Positions 9,282-18,419 are shown, numbered from the stretch's first letter. The stretch: DNA of 32,000 bases from Gemmata obscuriglobus (GCF_008065095.1 NZ_CP042911.1:7860001-7892000), one strand, 5' to 3'. Notes: generated by a model from the letters alone, not told the origin. A program made the numbers and translations.

Positions 9282-10628
9282 TCAGATCTTCAGAACGCCG
9301 GTGCTGTCGCCGAACGCCTTGGCGGGCGCCCCCATCCGCTCGAACAGCGCCAAGTACAGGTTCGTTAGCGGGACATCGGAGCGTTTCGGGAACACGATGT
9401 GCCGCCCGCCGGTGATCGTACCGCCGCCCTTGCCCGCGAGCAGGATCGGCAGGTCGTCGTGGTTGTGCCGGTCCCCGTCGCCGATCCCGCTGCCGTACAC
9501 CAGCATCACGTTGTCCAGCAGGCAACTGCCGTTCGGCTCCTTCACGGCCTTCATCTTGCCGACGAGGTACGCGAACTGCTGCATGTGGAACGCGTTGATC
9601 TTCGCGATCTTCTCCAGCTTCTTCGGGTCGCGGCCGTGGTGCGACAGGTCGTGGTGCCCTTCCGGCACGTCGATCATCTTGTACGGGCGGTTGCTCCCGT
9701 CGTTGGCGAACGGCAGCGTGGCCACCCGGGTGAGGTCCGTCTGGAAGGCCAGCACCATCAGGTCGGCCATCAGCCGCATGTGGTCCTGGACCTCCTTCGG
9801 GATGCCGGTCGGGGCCGCCATGTCCGGCTTCGCGACCGGCTTCTTGTTCGCCTCGCGCGCCTTCTGGATCTGGAGTTCGACCTCGCGGACGCTGCTGAGG
9901 TACTCGTCGAGTTTCTTCTGGTCGCCGGAGCCGAGCGTCGCGTTCAGCCCCTTGGCGTCTTCCATCACGAAGTCGAGGACGCTCTTGTTGTACAGCTCGC
10001 GCTTGGCCCGCGCCTCAGCAAGCTCCTTTGGGTCGTTGCCGCTGAACAGCCGCTCGAACACGGCCTTGGGGTCGCACTCCTTGGCGTTGGGCGTCGATTC
10101 GCCGCGCCACGACAGGTTCGAGGAGTACGCGCAGGAGTAACCGGAGTCGCAGTTGCCGGCCTGCTGGCCCCGCTCGATGCCCAGTTCCAGCGACGGGAAC
10201 CGGGTCTGGTCGCCGATCACGCTCGCGACGTGCTGGTCGGCCGACATGCCGGCCCGGATGTCCGCGCCGTGGGTCTTGCGGGGCTGGCGGCCGGTGAGGA
10301 ACGCGGACATCGCCCGCGCGTGATCCCCGGGGCCGTCGCCGTTGGCCCGGGCCTTGTCGAGCGCCAGGCCCGAGATCACGTTCACGTACTCTTTATGCGC
10401 GTTGAGCGGCTCTAGGATGCCGGTCAGTTCCGACAGCGCGCCGGTCGCGGACGGCGTCCACTGGGACATGTTCACGCCGTTGGGCACGTACACGAACGCG
10501 AGCCGCTTGGGAGCAGCCGCGGCCACCGAAGACGCCGGCGCGGCTGAAGCGAACGATTCGAGGAACGGCAGCGCAATGGCCGTTCCCAGGCCCTTGAGTG
10601 CGGTCCGGCGGGAAATGGACTTCGGCAT
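9282..10628 (-). CDS. DUF1552 domain protein with twin-arginine signal
   Basis: 448 aa. N-terminus MPKSISRRTALKGLGTAIALPFLESF is the typical Tat-type start of DUF1552 proteins. Sits downstream of a DUF1592-type gene, the usual pairing. Confidence 0.9.
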   Translation of the reverse strand: MPKSISRRTALKGLGTAIALPFLESFASAAPASSVAAAAPKRLAFVYVPNGVNMSQWTPSATGALSELTGILEPLNAHKEYVNVISGLALDKARANGDGPGDHARAMSAFLTGRQPRKTHGADIRAGMSADQHVASVIGDQTRFPSLELGIERGQQAGNCDSGYSCAYSSNLSWRGESTPNAKECDPKAVFERLFSGNDPKELAEARAKRELYNKSVLDFVMEDAKGLNATLGSGDQKKLDEYLSSVREVELQIQKAREANKKPVAKPDMAAPTGIPKEVQDHMRLMADLMVLAFQTDLTRVATLPFANDGSNRPYKMIDVPEGHHDLSHHGRDPKKLEKIAKINAFHMQQFAYLVGKMKAVKEPNGSCLLDNVMLVYGSGIGDGDRHNHDDLPILLAGKGGGTITGGRHIVFPKRSDVPLTNLYLALFERMGAPAKAFGDSTGVLKI

Positions 10629-10761
10629 TGGCAGCTCGCTGTGAGGCGCCCCCGCCCTTGCGGGCGAGGTGATCGGTTTCGGGTGTGATTCGATCGTCGG
10701 TCGGCAGGTCGATCTCGGTGGCAGGTCGGGTTAACAACACAGTTCGTCGGTCGGCACCAGG

Positions 10762-13197
10762 TTATTCGCTCCGTTTGCCCTTCCGTTTCTGGAATGGGTC
10801 GGACTTCACGACCGCTAGCACCATGGCGGAGAACTTGTCCCCGCTCTCCTTCGACGCCTTCGTGATCTCGTCCAGAGCGCACTTATCGTAATACTCTAAC
10901 CCGCGGCCCAGGCCGAAGGTAAGCAATTTCTCCGCAAAGCACGTCCGGAACTGGTCCGCCTTGCCCAGCAACACCTTGCGCAGTTCGGCCGGGCCGTTGA
11001 ACTTCAGCCCGCCGGGCAGTTCGCCGCTCGCGTCCACCGGCTTCTTGTTGTCCAGGGCGCGCCAGCCGCCGATGCCGTCGAAGTTTTCCAGCCCGAACCC
11101 GAGCGGGTCGAGTTTGGCGTGGCAGGTGGCGCAGCTCGGGTTCGCCCGGTGCTGCTCCATCTGCTCGCGGAGCGTCCCCTTGAGTTGACCGGTCGGCGGC
11201 AGCTCGGGCACGTCGGGGGCGGCCGGCGGGGGCGGCGTGCCGAGCACGTTTTCGAGAATCCACTTCCCGCGCTTCACCGGGCTGGTGCGGGTCGGGTTCG
11301 AGGTCACGGTGAGGGTGCTGGCCATCGTGATGATGCCGCCGCGGCGGACGTCCGGCAACGTCACCTTGCGGAACTCGGCCCCCTTCACGTCCTTGAGGCC
11401 GTAGTGCTCCGCGAGCCGCCCGTTCACGAACGTGTAGTCCGCGTCGAGGAAGTCGAGCACCGGCCGGTCGTTCCGCACCACGTACTCGAAGAACGCCTCG
11501 ACCTCCCCCACCATCGCGTTCCGGAGCTGATCGTCCCAGCCCGGGAAGAAGCCCTTGTCCGGGGACAGCGTCTTCAGGTTCCGCAACTGGAGCCACTGCC
11601 CCGCGAAGTTCTCCGACAGCGCCTTCGCCTTCGGGTCCGTCAGCATCCGCTTGACCTGCGCCTCCAGGGTCGCGGGCTTCCGCAGCTCGCCCTTGGCCGC
11701 GAGCCGGAACAGCTCCTCGTCGGGCATGCTGGACCACAGGAAGTAGCTCAACCGGGTGGCGAACTCGAAGTCGTTGAGCGTGCGGACGTCGTTCGCGTTC
11801 TTGGGGTCGTCCTCAATGCGGTAGAGGAAGTGCGGGGACACCAGCACCGCCTTCATCGGGAGCTTGAGCGCGACGTGGAACGGCTCGCCCTGCTTGGTCG
11901 CGAGGTCGAACAGCTTCAGCAGCCGCGCCACCTCGTCGGGCTTCACCGGGCGGCGGTACGCGCGCCGTGTGAAGTTGGTCAGCACCGTCTCGGCCGCCGC
12001 ACGCGCGTCAACGCCGGCGCCGGGGCGGGCGATCAGGAGCTGCCTCACGGACGCCGAATCGGGCGGGGGGACCGGGTTGAACGGCCCTTCGATCTCGATC
12101 AGCTCCAGTCCGAACTCGCGGACCTTCTTCTCGTTCTTGTCCTCGAACCCGTTGGTGAAGGCGACCGCGACGCGCTTCTCGCCGGCCCGGACCTTTACCG
12201 GCGCTTCGTAGGTCTTGGCCTTGCCCGGTTCGCCGTCCACCGTGAACGTCTTCACGTCCTCACCGCCCACCCGCACGGTCACCTTGGGGTGGGCGCCGCC
12301 GACGTTCGAGCCCCACCCGCGGAACCGGACCAGGTACTCGCCCTCGGCGGAGAAGTTGAACTTCTCCAGGAACCCCTGCCCCTCCGACTTGAAGACGATC
12401 TTCACGCCCGGGTCCTTGGACTTCGCGTCGCGCGGGGTGGCGAGGATGTTCTGCGGGCGGTACGTCTGCTTCGCGCTCTTCGGGGGCTCGGGGATGTTGA
12501 GCGCGGTGCCGAGGATCTTCTCGGCCGCCGCGAGGTACTTCTCCAGCAAAATGGGCTGGAACGAGAGCACGTCGCCGATGTTATCGAACCCGTACCCAAC
12601 ATCGTCGGACGGGAACTCCTCGGCCGGCTTGAAGTCCACGCCGCACAGGTCGCGGATCGTGTTGTTGTACTCGGCGCGGTTCAGCCGCCGGATGGTGACC
12701 CGGCCCGGGTCCTTGGGCACGTCCGGCGAGCAGTTGACCCGCGTGAGCGAGGACGCGATCCACTCGACGACGAACTCTTTCTCGTCTTTCGTCGGCTGGG
12801 GCTTCTTCGACGCCTTCGGCGGCATCTCGCCGGAGGAGATGGTGTGCTGGATCGCGCTCCAGTTCTTGCGGTCCTTGCGTGCGGCGGCCTCGGACACGTA
12901 GCCGTCGAGCGCCAGACCGCCCTTGGCCTTCTCGCCCTTGTGGCAGTCGACGCAATACTTCTGGAGGAACGGGAGAACTTTGTCCTTGAACGCGGGGTCT
13001 TCGGGCTGGGCCGGCGGCGCGGCGCGGACGAACGCTTCGGCCCCGGCGAAACCATCAAGGTTGACCGGTTCGCGCACCGGGAGGGCGTCGCGGGCGGTAG
13101 CGCTCGCCTGTTCGCCGCGCGCGAGGAGCAACCCGGCGGCGAGACTGCCCGCGGTCGCGGTACCGAGCAGCGCGAGAAGAACGGGGCGCAGCACCAT
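10762..13197 (-). CDS. DUF1592/DUF1588/DUF1585-family protein with N-terminal cytochrome c (CXXCH) domain
   Basis: 811 aa. Signal/anchor MVLRPVLLALLGTATAGSLAAGLLLA. Heme-binding motif KYCVDCHKGEK. C-terminal CFAEKLLTFGLGRGLEYYD..VKSDPFQKR is typical of the DUF1585 end of this family. Confidence 0.9.
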   Translation of the reverse strand: MVLRPVLLALLGTATAGSLAAGLLLARGEQASATARDALPVREPVNLDGFAGAEAFVRAAPPAQPEDPAFKDKVLPFLQKYCVDCHKGEKAKGGLALDGYVSEAAARKDRKNWSAIQHTISSGEMPPKASKKPQPTKDEKEFVVEWIASSLTRVNCSPDVPKDPGRVTIRRLNRAEYNNTIRDLCGVDFKPAEEFPSDDVGYGFDNIGDVLSFQPILLEKYLAAAEKILGTALNIPEPPKSAKQTYRPQNILATPRDAKSKDPGVKIVFKSEGQGFLEKFNFSAEGEYLVRFRGWGSNVGGAHPKVTVRVGGEDVKTFTVDGEPGKAKTYEAPVKVRAGEKRVAVAFTNGFEDKNEKKVREFGLELIEIEGPFNPVPPPDSASVRQLLIARPGAGVDARAAAETVLTNFTRRAYRRPVKPDEVARLLKLFDLATKQGEPFHVALKLPMKAVLVSPHFLYRIEDDPKNANDVRTLNDFEFATRLSYFLWSSMPDEELFRLAAKGELRKPATLEAQVKRMLTDPKAKALSENFAGQWLQLRNLKTLSPDKGFFPGWDDQLRNAMVGEVEAFFEYVVRNDRPVLDFLDADYTFVNGRLAEHYGLKDVKGAEFRKVTLPDVRRGGIITMASTLTVTSNPTRTSPVKRGKWILENVLGTPPPPAAPDVPELPPTGQLKGTLREQMEQHRANPSCATCHAKLDPLGFGLENFDGIGGWRALDNKKPVDASGELPGGLKFNGPAELRKVLLGKADQFRTCFAEKLLTFGLGRGLEYYDKCALDEITKASKESGDKFSAMVLAVVKSDPFQKRKGKRSE

Positions 13198-13435
13198 CGA
13201 GGTCTCCCGGTCAGAAAGGCGTTCAGGCGGTGTGCGAGCGAATATTCGAGAGCAGTACCGGCCGGCGGGTTCTTTGAATCGGATTCTAGCGAAGCCGGTT
13301 CAAAAACTCAACGAGAAGGTCCGCCGTTCGCATCGGCTCGATTCGCCGGCCCGCGTAATTTCGAGGCCCATCACCAGTGCACATCTCGCGACCGCAACCG
13401 CGTGTCGCAAATTCGGCCACTTCGGGTTCACTGAC

Positions 13436-14503
13436 TAGGACTTACGCAGTTGCGCTGGCGCAGGATTTGCGCATGGTGTGTTGTTGGTCTATGATCGGGC
13501 CATGAACGCACCACGTGCGAGCGCCGAGGACTACATCCAATTCCTGATCGCCACCCCCAAGGTGGCGTCGGCCGCGGAAGCCGCGCGAGCCCAACCGGAC
13601 CATCCGACGGCGCCCGCGCATGATGCGTTCACCCGACTGCTGCACCGGCTGGAACCGGACCCAGCGGCGTTGTGGGACGAAGCCCGGTCGTCGGTCCGCC
13701 CGGGCGGTGCCGTGGTGCTCGACGACTCGGTGCTGGACAAGCCGTTCGCCCGGCACATGGGGCTGGTGCGCCGGTGCTGGTCCGGGCGGCACCGCCGGGT
13801 GGTGAGCGGGATCGGGCTGGTGACCCTGCTGTGGACCGACGGGGCCGCCCTGGTACCGTGTGATTACCGGCTCGCCGACCCGGCCCGAGCCGAGACCAAG
13901 AACGACCACTTCCGAGCCATGCTGGCGGTCGCCAAGGGACGGGACCTGTCGCCCCGGGTGGTACTGTTCGACACCTGGTACTCGGGCAAGGACAACCGGA
14001 AGGCGGTGCGGGCCCTGGGGTGGCACTTCCTGACCCGGGTGCGGAGCAACCGGCGGGTGAACCCGGATCGCACGGGCAATCGGGCCATCGAGGGGTGCCC
14101 GATCGGGGCCGCCGGTACGGTGGTGCACCTGGAGGGGTTCGGATTGGTGAAGGCGTTCCGGATCGCCACCGGTGATGGGGGCACGGAGCATTGGATCACC
14201 AACGACCTCGACATGGACGAGGCCACTCGTGCGGTTCTGGCCGGGCACGCGTGGGGCATCGAGGAGTATCACCGGGGCCTCAAGCAGCATTGCCACGTGG
14301 ACCGGTGCCAGGTGCGCATGAGCCGGGCCCAAGCGGTCCACATCGGGCTCGCGATCCGCGCGTTCCTGCGGCTCGAGTGGCACCGGCTCAAGTCCGGCGT
14401 CAGTTGGTTCGCGGCCAAGACGGCCATCGTGCGCGAAGCGGTGCGAACCTACCTCGCCGCACCTACATACCTACTTACCCAAAAGTCAACTACGTAAGTC
14501 CTA
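13436..14503 (+). mobile_element. Intact insertion sequence (DDE transposase, IS701/IS4-like), 1068 bp
   Basis: Terminal inverted repeats TAGGACTTACGCAGTTG (13436-13452) and CAACTACGTAAGTCCTA (14487-14503) match at 16/17 positions. They are flanked by the direct repeat ACTGAC at 13430-13435 and 14504-14509 (target-site duplication). A single transposase ORF fills the element. Confidence 0.88.
13502..14497 (+). CDS. DDE transposase (IS701-family-like)
   Basis: Motifs DYIQFLIATP, VLDDSVLDKPFARHMGLVRRCWSGRHRRVVSGIGLVTLLWTDG, VLFDTWYSGKDN and WGIEEYHRGLKQHCHVDRCQVR. ATG 13502 is preferred; the track start GTG 13478 is possible. The stop lies inside the right inverted repeat. Confidence 0.85.
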   Translation: MNAPRASAEDYIQFLIATPKVASAAEAARAQPDHPTAPAHDAFTRLLHRLEPDPAALWDEARSSVRPGGAVVLDDSVLDKPFARHMGLVRRCWSGRHRRVVSGIGLVTLLWTDGAALVPCDYRLADPARAETKNDHFRAMLAVAKGRDLSPRVVLFDTWYSGKDNRKAVRALGWHFLTRVRSNRRVNPDRTGNRAIEGCPIGAAGTVVHLEGFGLVKAFRIATGDGGTEHWITNDLDMDEATRAVLAGHAWGIEEYHRGLKQHCHVDRCQVRMSRAQAVHIGLAIRAFLRLEWHRLKSGVSWFAAKTAIVREAVRTYLAAPTYLLTQKSTT

Positions 14504-15305
14504 ACTGACAACTTGTGGCACCCACACTTTGTTATCCGCCGCTGAAGGCCACCCGAGGCGGTTGGTGCGTTGCGGATACCAGGCGGAAGCGGGAAAGATC
14601 CCTCCACACCTACCGAACTGCAGTCGTCACATCGGCATTTCCCACCTCTTTTTCCCCTCGTACCACGCTCAACCGAGCAACCGGCACCGGGTTTCGACCC
14701 GCACGGCGAACTCACACGCGCAAAACAACCGATCGCAAAACCCTACACAGTTGAAACTTACATCACATCAACCGACCGCGTCCGATTCCGGCGTCCGGCT
14801 CCGATCGGGCACCTTAGCCGAGTTCCAGGCGAGGATTCGTGGGTAGCGACTGCACCGCGAACCGTCAGCAAATTACCAGTCGGGCGGTAGCGAATGTCCA
14901 GTCCGTGCCCCGTCGGGTACTGGCAGTGCGTCGCTGTACCCCCGGTTACAGCGACGTGCTCTCGTTCCGGGGTTCGTATGGTTCTGGCCGTTGAGTGTGG
15001 CCTGCTCGCTCCGCGAGTGGTGCTGCGCACCTGATACCGAACGCGGTTGGTTTGTATCCACTCCGTGTTCTGTAGCCGGCCTCTCTTCAACCGAACCGCG
15101 AATCAAATCCGCTGTGCCCACCATGATCGTTCGGTAGCGCACACGCGCAGGCCGCACTCCAGACAGAACCACACACGAGCCCCGTAGCGAGAGCGGGTAA
15201 ACGGCTGATGTCAGCGACGGGTCGGAGCGGTGCGCAGGCGACATTGCGTGCTGCAAACCAACGCGGGCAACAGTGTTGGGAACGAGTGAACGAAAGTGAC
15301 GCGAT

Positions 15306-15342
15306 CAAAAACAAACGGCCCGGGGATTTCCCCGGGCCGTTT
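15306..15342 (-). terminator. Rho-independent terminator downstream of tRNA-Leu
   Basis: Perfect 13-bp stem AAACGGCCCGGGG / CCCCGGGCCGTTT (15313-15325 / 15330-15342) with a 4-nt loop. On the minus strand it is followed by GTTTTTG. Confidence 0.82.
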
Positions 15343-15352
15343 AGCGATTCAG

Positions 15353-15435
15353 TGCGGGAGACAGGACTTGAACCTGCACAGGATTGCTCCCGCCAGCCCC
15401 TCAAGCTGGTGCGTCTGCCATTCCGCCACTCCCGC
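15353..15435 (-). tRNA. tRNA-Leu (anticodon GAG), 83 nt, CCA not encoded
   Basis: The reverse complement folds as a class II cloverleaf. Acceptor GCGGGAG/CTCCCGC. Anticodon stem CCAGC/GCTGG with loop TTGAGGG. Long variable arm. T arm GCAGG-TTCAAGT-CCTGT. Discriminator A. Confidence 0.92.
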
Positions 15436-15501
15436 GGGGAACTGCTCTTGAGGAATTATTGCGGGTTAGGGACCGTTTTCAAGAGGGCGGTGTGAATCTC
15501 T

Positions 15502-16362
15502 TCATTCGGCCAGAAATGCCCGCACCGCGGCGGCCGTGGCCCCGGGGTGCGTGTACTGTGGGTAGTGGCCGCAATCTTGAAACTCCACCCGGCGCACGTC
15601 CCGCAATCCGCGTGCAAGAACCGCCTCGCAGCCCCACGGTACGATCCGGTCCCGGTCACCGCCGATCAGGAGCACGGGGGCGGCGATTGTAGGCAGCAGC
15701 GGGCGCAGGTCGAGCGAATCGAGTGCCACCGCCCGCCGGGCCGCGGCGCGGATCGGGGTCCGGCCGTTGCAGTCCAGGAACAGCGCGCGTGCCAGCGGCG
15801 AACACCCGCCCCAGGTCGCGGGGCAGGCGCGCCGCATCGCGAACTCGCGGAACGGGAGTTCGCACAGCCGCCCGTCCCAGTAGCGGCCCTGACGCGCCCC
15901 GAACCGCTCGTACCACCGCAGCGGGCGAAACGCGAACCCGCCCTTCAGCACACACTTCGTGAACCGCTCGGGGCGCTCGGCCAGCGCGCGCAACGCGACC
16001 GTCGTGCCGAACGACGACCCGAGCAGCGCCACGCGCCCCAACTTCAGGTGATCGAGCAGAGCGTAAAGGTCGGAGGTGAGGTCGCGGTGCCGGTACGCGC
16101 CGAGCCGCGCGCCGTCGTCGAGGCCGTTGGGCAGCTCGTAAGCCACGCAGGTGAAGTGCGGGGCGAGTTGGTGCATCACCATCGCGAACCCGCGCACCGC
16201 GTCCGACAGCCCGTGCAGGATCACGAGCGGCGGGCCGCTCCCCCAGACGGTCAACCGCAGGAGGTAACGGCCCGTGTCGAGCACCGCGTGGGCGCCCTCG
16301 TGCGCCAGCGCCCCCACCGCGTCGCGGCACCCGGCGTCGGTCACGTCGGGGCGGGCCGTCAC
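15502..16362 (-). CDS. Alpha/beta-fold hydrolase
   Basis: Motifs PLVILHGLSD and the nucleophile-elbow-like LLGSSFGTTVAL, plus C-terminal LLIGGDRDRIVP..DCGHYPQ. Start is placed at GTG 16362, which overlaps the upstream stop as GTGA (alternative GTG 16344). The track's longer version to 16653 overlaps the lectin gene and is Arg/Gly-rich. Confidence 0.8.
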   Translation of the reverse strand: MTARPDVTDAGCRDAVGALAHEGAHAVLDTGRYLLRLTVWGSGPPLVILHGLSDAVRGFAMVMHQLAPHFTCVAYELPNGLDDGARLGAYRHRDLTSDLYALLDHLKLGRVALLGSSFGTTVALRALAERPERFTKCVLKGGFAFRPLRWYERFGARQGRYWDGRLCELPFREFAMRRACPATWGGCSPLARALFLDCNGRTPIRAAARRAVALDSLDLRPLLPTIAAPVLLIGGDRDRIVPWGCEAVLARGLRDVRRVEFQDCGHYPQYTHPGATAAAVRAFLAE

Positions 16363-16838
16363 TTCACCGGTTCGATCTTCCACAACTGCTTCTTCGCCTT
16401 CGCGTCGGCTTTCTTCTGAATGATGCGACCCTCGTCGTCCACGTCCAGCACCAGCTCGCTCAATTTGCTCGTGATGCGGCGCTCCGCGTCCTTCTCCTCC
16501 CACGTCCAGCGCTGGTTGTCGGCGTCCTCGTCCTTCGCGTCCCAGACGATGATCTGCACGCCCTCGTCCTTCGACGCCTCGAACACGTCGAGCGCCTTGC
16601 CGCTCTTCACGTTCACCAGCGAGAAGGACTTCCCGTCCTTCTTGATCTCCCACTGCTGGGCCTTGTTGGCCGGATCGGTCTTGGCGAGCGCGGCGCGGGC
16701 GCCGGCCTCGTCGGAGTCGTCGACGACCGCGAGCACCTTGCCCGTTTCGACGTTCACGATCCGGACCTTTTCATCCGCGGCCAGGGCGGGAACCGCGAGC
16801 AGACCGCAGGCCGTGAGGGCACAGAGCGAACGCAACAT
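16359..16838 (-). CDS. Secreted ricin-type beta-trefoil lectin domain protein
   Basis: Start is placed at ATG 16838 (MLRSLCALTACGLLAVPALAADEK signal peptide), preceded by AAGGAGAA. Three QxW repeats are present (QQWEI, QRWTW, QLWKI). Confidence 0.8.
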   Translation of the reverse strand: MLRSLCALTACGLLAVPALAADEKVRIVNVETGKVLAVVDDSDEAGARAALAKTDPANKAQQWEIKKDGKSFSLVNVKSGKALDVFEASKDEGVQIIVWDAKDEDADNQRWTWEEKDAERRITSKLSELVLDVDDEGRIIQKKADAKAKKQLWKIEPVK

Positions 16839-17022
16839 GTGAGTTCTCCTTGTCAGCGTGTCCGAAGTGCGAGAGCGAACGCGCCGGGCCGAAAGTAAGA
16901 CGTGCAGCGTCGACCCGGGCGGTGGTGATTGTAGGACATCCGCGGAAGAGCGGTCAACGCGCCGGGAAGCGGCCCGGGCGAGTTTCACCGAAACGTCACT
17001 GAATTAAGAGTGTGAAGAGGGT

Positions 17023-17107
17023 TGGCCACAAAAAAGCACAAAGGGCACCAAGACACAAGCAGAACGAGAGCAGAAGAGAAATGGCCGCAAAAAAGCACAA
17101 AGGGCAC
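17023..17107. repeat. Two 26-nt direct repeats (25/26 identical) 59 bp apart in a low-GC spacer
   Basis: TGGCCACAAAAAAGCACAAAGGGCAC at 17023-17048 and TGGCCGCAAAAAAGCACAAAGGGCAC at 17082-17107. Confidence 0.9.
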
Positions 17108-17479
17108 AAAAGGAAACCGAAGACGAAGAGCTGTTCTGAAGGCGTGTGACTTCGCGTCCGTGCCCGAGGTACACTTCCCCGAGGAGATCAACTACGCCAC
17201 CGTGCACAAGGAACGGGCGAGCGGGGCGTGGTAAGGATCGAGGAGCGGATCGCGCGGGGCACGACGAAGGGCGTGGCCCAGACGAACGGCACCGGGGCGC
17301 GCCCGTTGGCGCGGCTGAGGTGCCGACGAGCGGGCGTGCGCCAAGCCGCCCCGACGGGTGGCCGAGACGATGCCCCGCTCGCGCCGAGCTGGCGCGGATC
17401 GCGCGCGCCGTCACCCGGCGGCCCGCGACCGACGCGAGAATGAGCGAGCCGTCGATCTGCGCGCGAGCGCGCGTCGGCC

Positions 17480-18418
17480 TCACTCCCCGTCGAGCAGGTC
17501 CGTCCACCGCGGCACGAGAATCGTGAGGTCGGTGGTGTCGAACGCCCCGAGCAGTCGGTCCGTGCGGAGCGACAGTCGGTGCCGCAGCGGAACGCTCGGG
17601 AGCGCCGCGGGGACCACCTGCACCCCGCTCCCGGCCGACACCGCGATCGCGTGCTCGCCGGCCCGGACGACGACCACGCGGCGGGTCGCCGCGGCGCCCG
17701 GCAGGCCCACCCACCGGGCCGCGTCCGCCAGGGCCAGCGGCCGGCCGCGCACCGCGATGAGCTCGCGGACGTGCTCGTCCGCGGCGGCGACCGGGCTGCC
17801 GACGGGCACATCGCACACCTCATCCACCGCCCCCACGGGCAGGCCCAGCGCCACCGCCCGCCCGTTCGGGCCGGGCACCTCCGTGCGGGCGAACGTGAGG
17901 AGCCGGTCGACCCCGCCCGTACCGCCGGACCGGCGCACCTCGGGTCGCGGGGCCGGCCGTGCCGGGGGGGGCGGCCCCGGCTCGTGGGCGGGGTCGAGCG
18001 CGTCCACGTTCAGAAGGCCCACCGGCCCGTGCCCCGACAGCACGACCCCGTGCAGCAGCCGCGCCGCGGCGGCGCCCAGGCCGGGCGGGGGCGGGACCAC
18101 CTCCCCGGCCGACACGCGGGCCACCGGCGCGACCCGGTCCACCAACAGCCCGAACCGCCCGCGCGGCGTCGCGACCAGGATCACCTGGCCGCCCGCCCGG
18201 GGGACGGTCGGCCCGCCGGAGAACCACCACGCCAGGGGGAACACCGGCACCCCGGCGCCGCGGACGACGAGCCGGCCCGGCTCGGTCTCGGTCGGGGCGG
18301 CGGCCAGTTGCTCACCCCGCTCGACCCCGACCACCTGGGCCAGGTCGATCCCGACGGACGCGTCACCGACCGCGCACCGGAGCCAGTTCACCGTGTGGCG
18401 CGCCTGCACTGCGACCAT
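17480..18418 (-). CDS. cheW: Tandem CheW-CheW coupling protein (ChpC position)
   Basis: Two CheW-like halves: WLRCAVGDASVGIDLAQVVGVER..VILVATPRGRFGLLVDRVAPVARV, and RLLTFARTEV..LGLPVGAVDEVCDV..LIAVRGRPLALAD..RVVVVRAGEHAIAVS. ATG 18418 sits 1 nt after the cheB stop and is preceded by GGGGAGAAG. Confidence 0.75.
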   Translation of the reverse strand: MVAVQARHTVNWLRCAVGDASVGIDLAQVVGVERGEQLAAAPTETEPGRLVVRGAGVPVFPLAWWFSGGPTVPRAGGQVILVATPRGRFGLLVDRVAPVARVSAGEVVPPPPGLGAAAARLLHGVVLSGHGPVGLLNVDALDPAHEPGPPPPARPAPRPEVRRSGGTGGVDRLLTFARTEVPGPNGRAVALGLPVGAVDEVCDVPVGSPVAAADEHVRELIAVRGRPLALADAARWVGLPGAAATRRVVVVRAGEHAIAVSAGSGVQVVPAALPSVPLRHRLSLRTDRLLGAFDTTDLTILVPRWTDLLDGE

Positions 18419-18419
18419 T

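Noticed and set aside
16363-16653. N-terminal 97-aa extension of the hydrolase ORF given in the track (start 16653)
   Set aside because: It overlaps the lectin gene on the same strand and is Arg/Gly/Glu-rich. The GTG at 16362 overlaps the lectin stop (GTGA) and precedes the start of recognisable hydrolase sequence.
17022-17234. 70-aa Lys/Arg-rich ORF (MATKKHKGHQDTSRTRAEEKW..) and the antisense 68-aa ORF 16985-17191
   Set aside because: Both reading frames are generated by the duplicated 26-nt repeat. No RBS or domain is present, so they are treated as a repeat element rather than genes.
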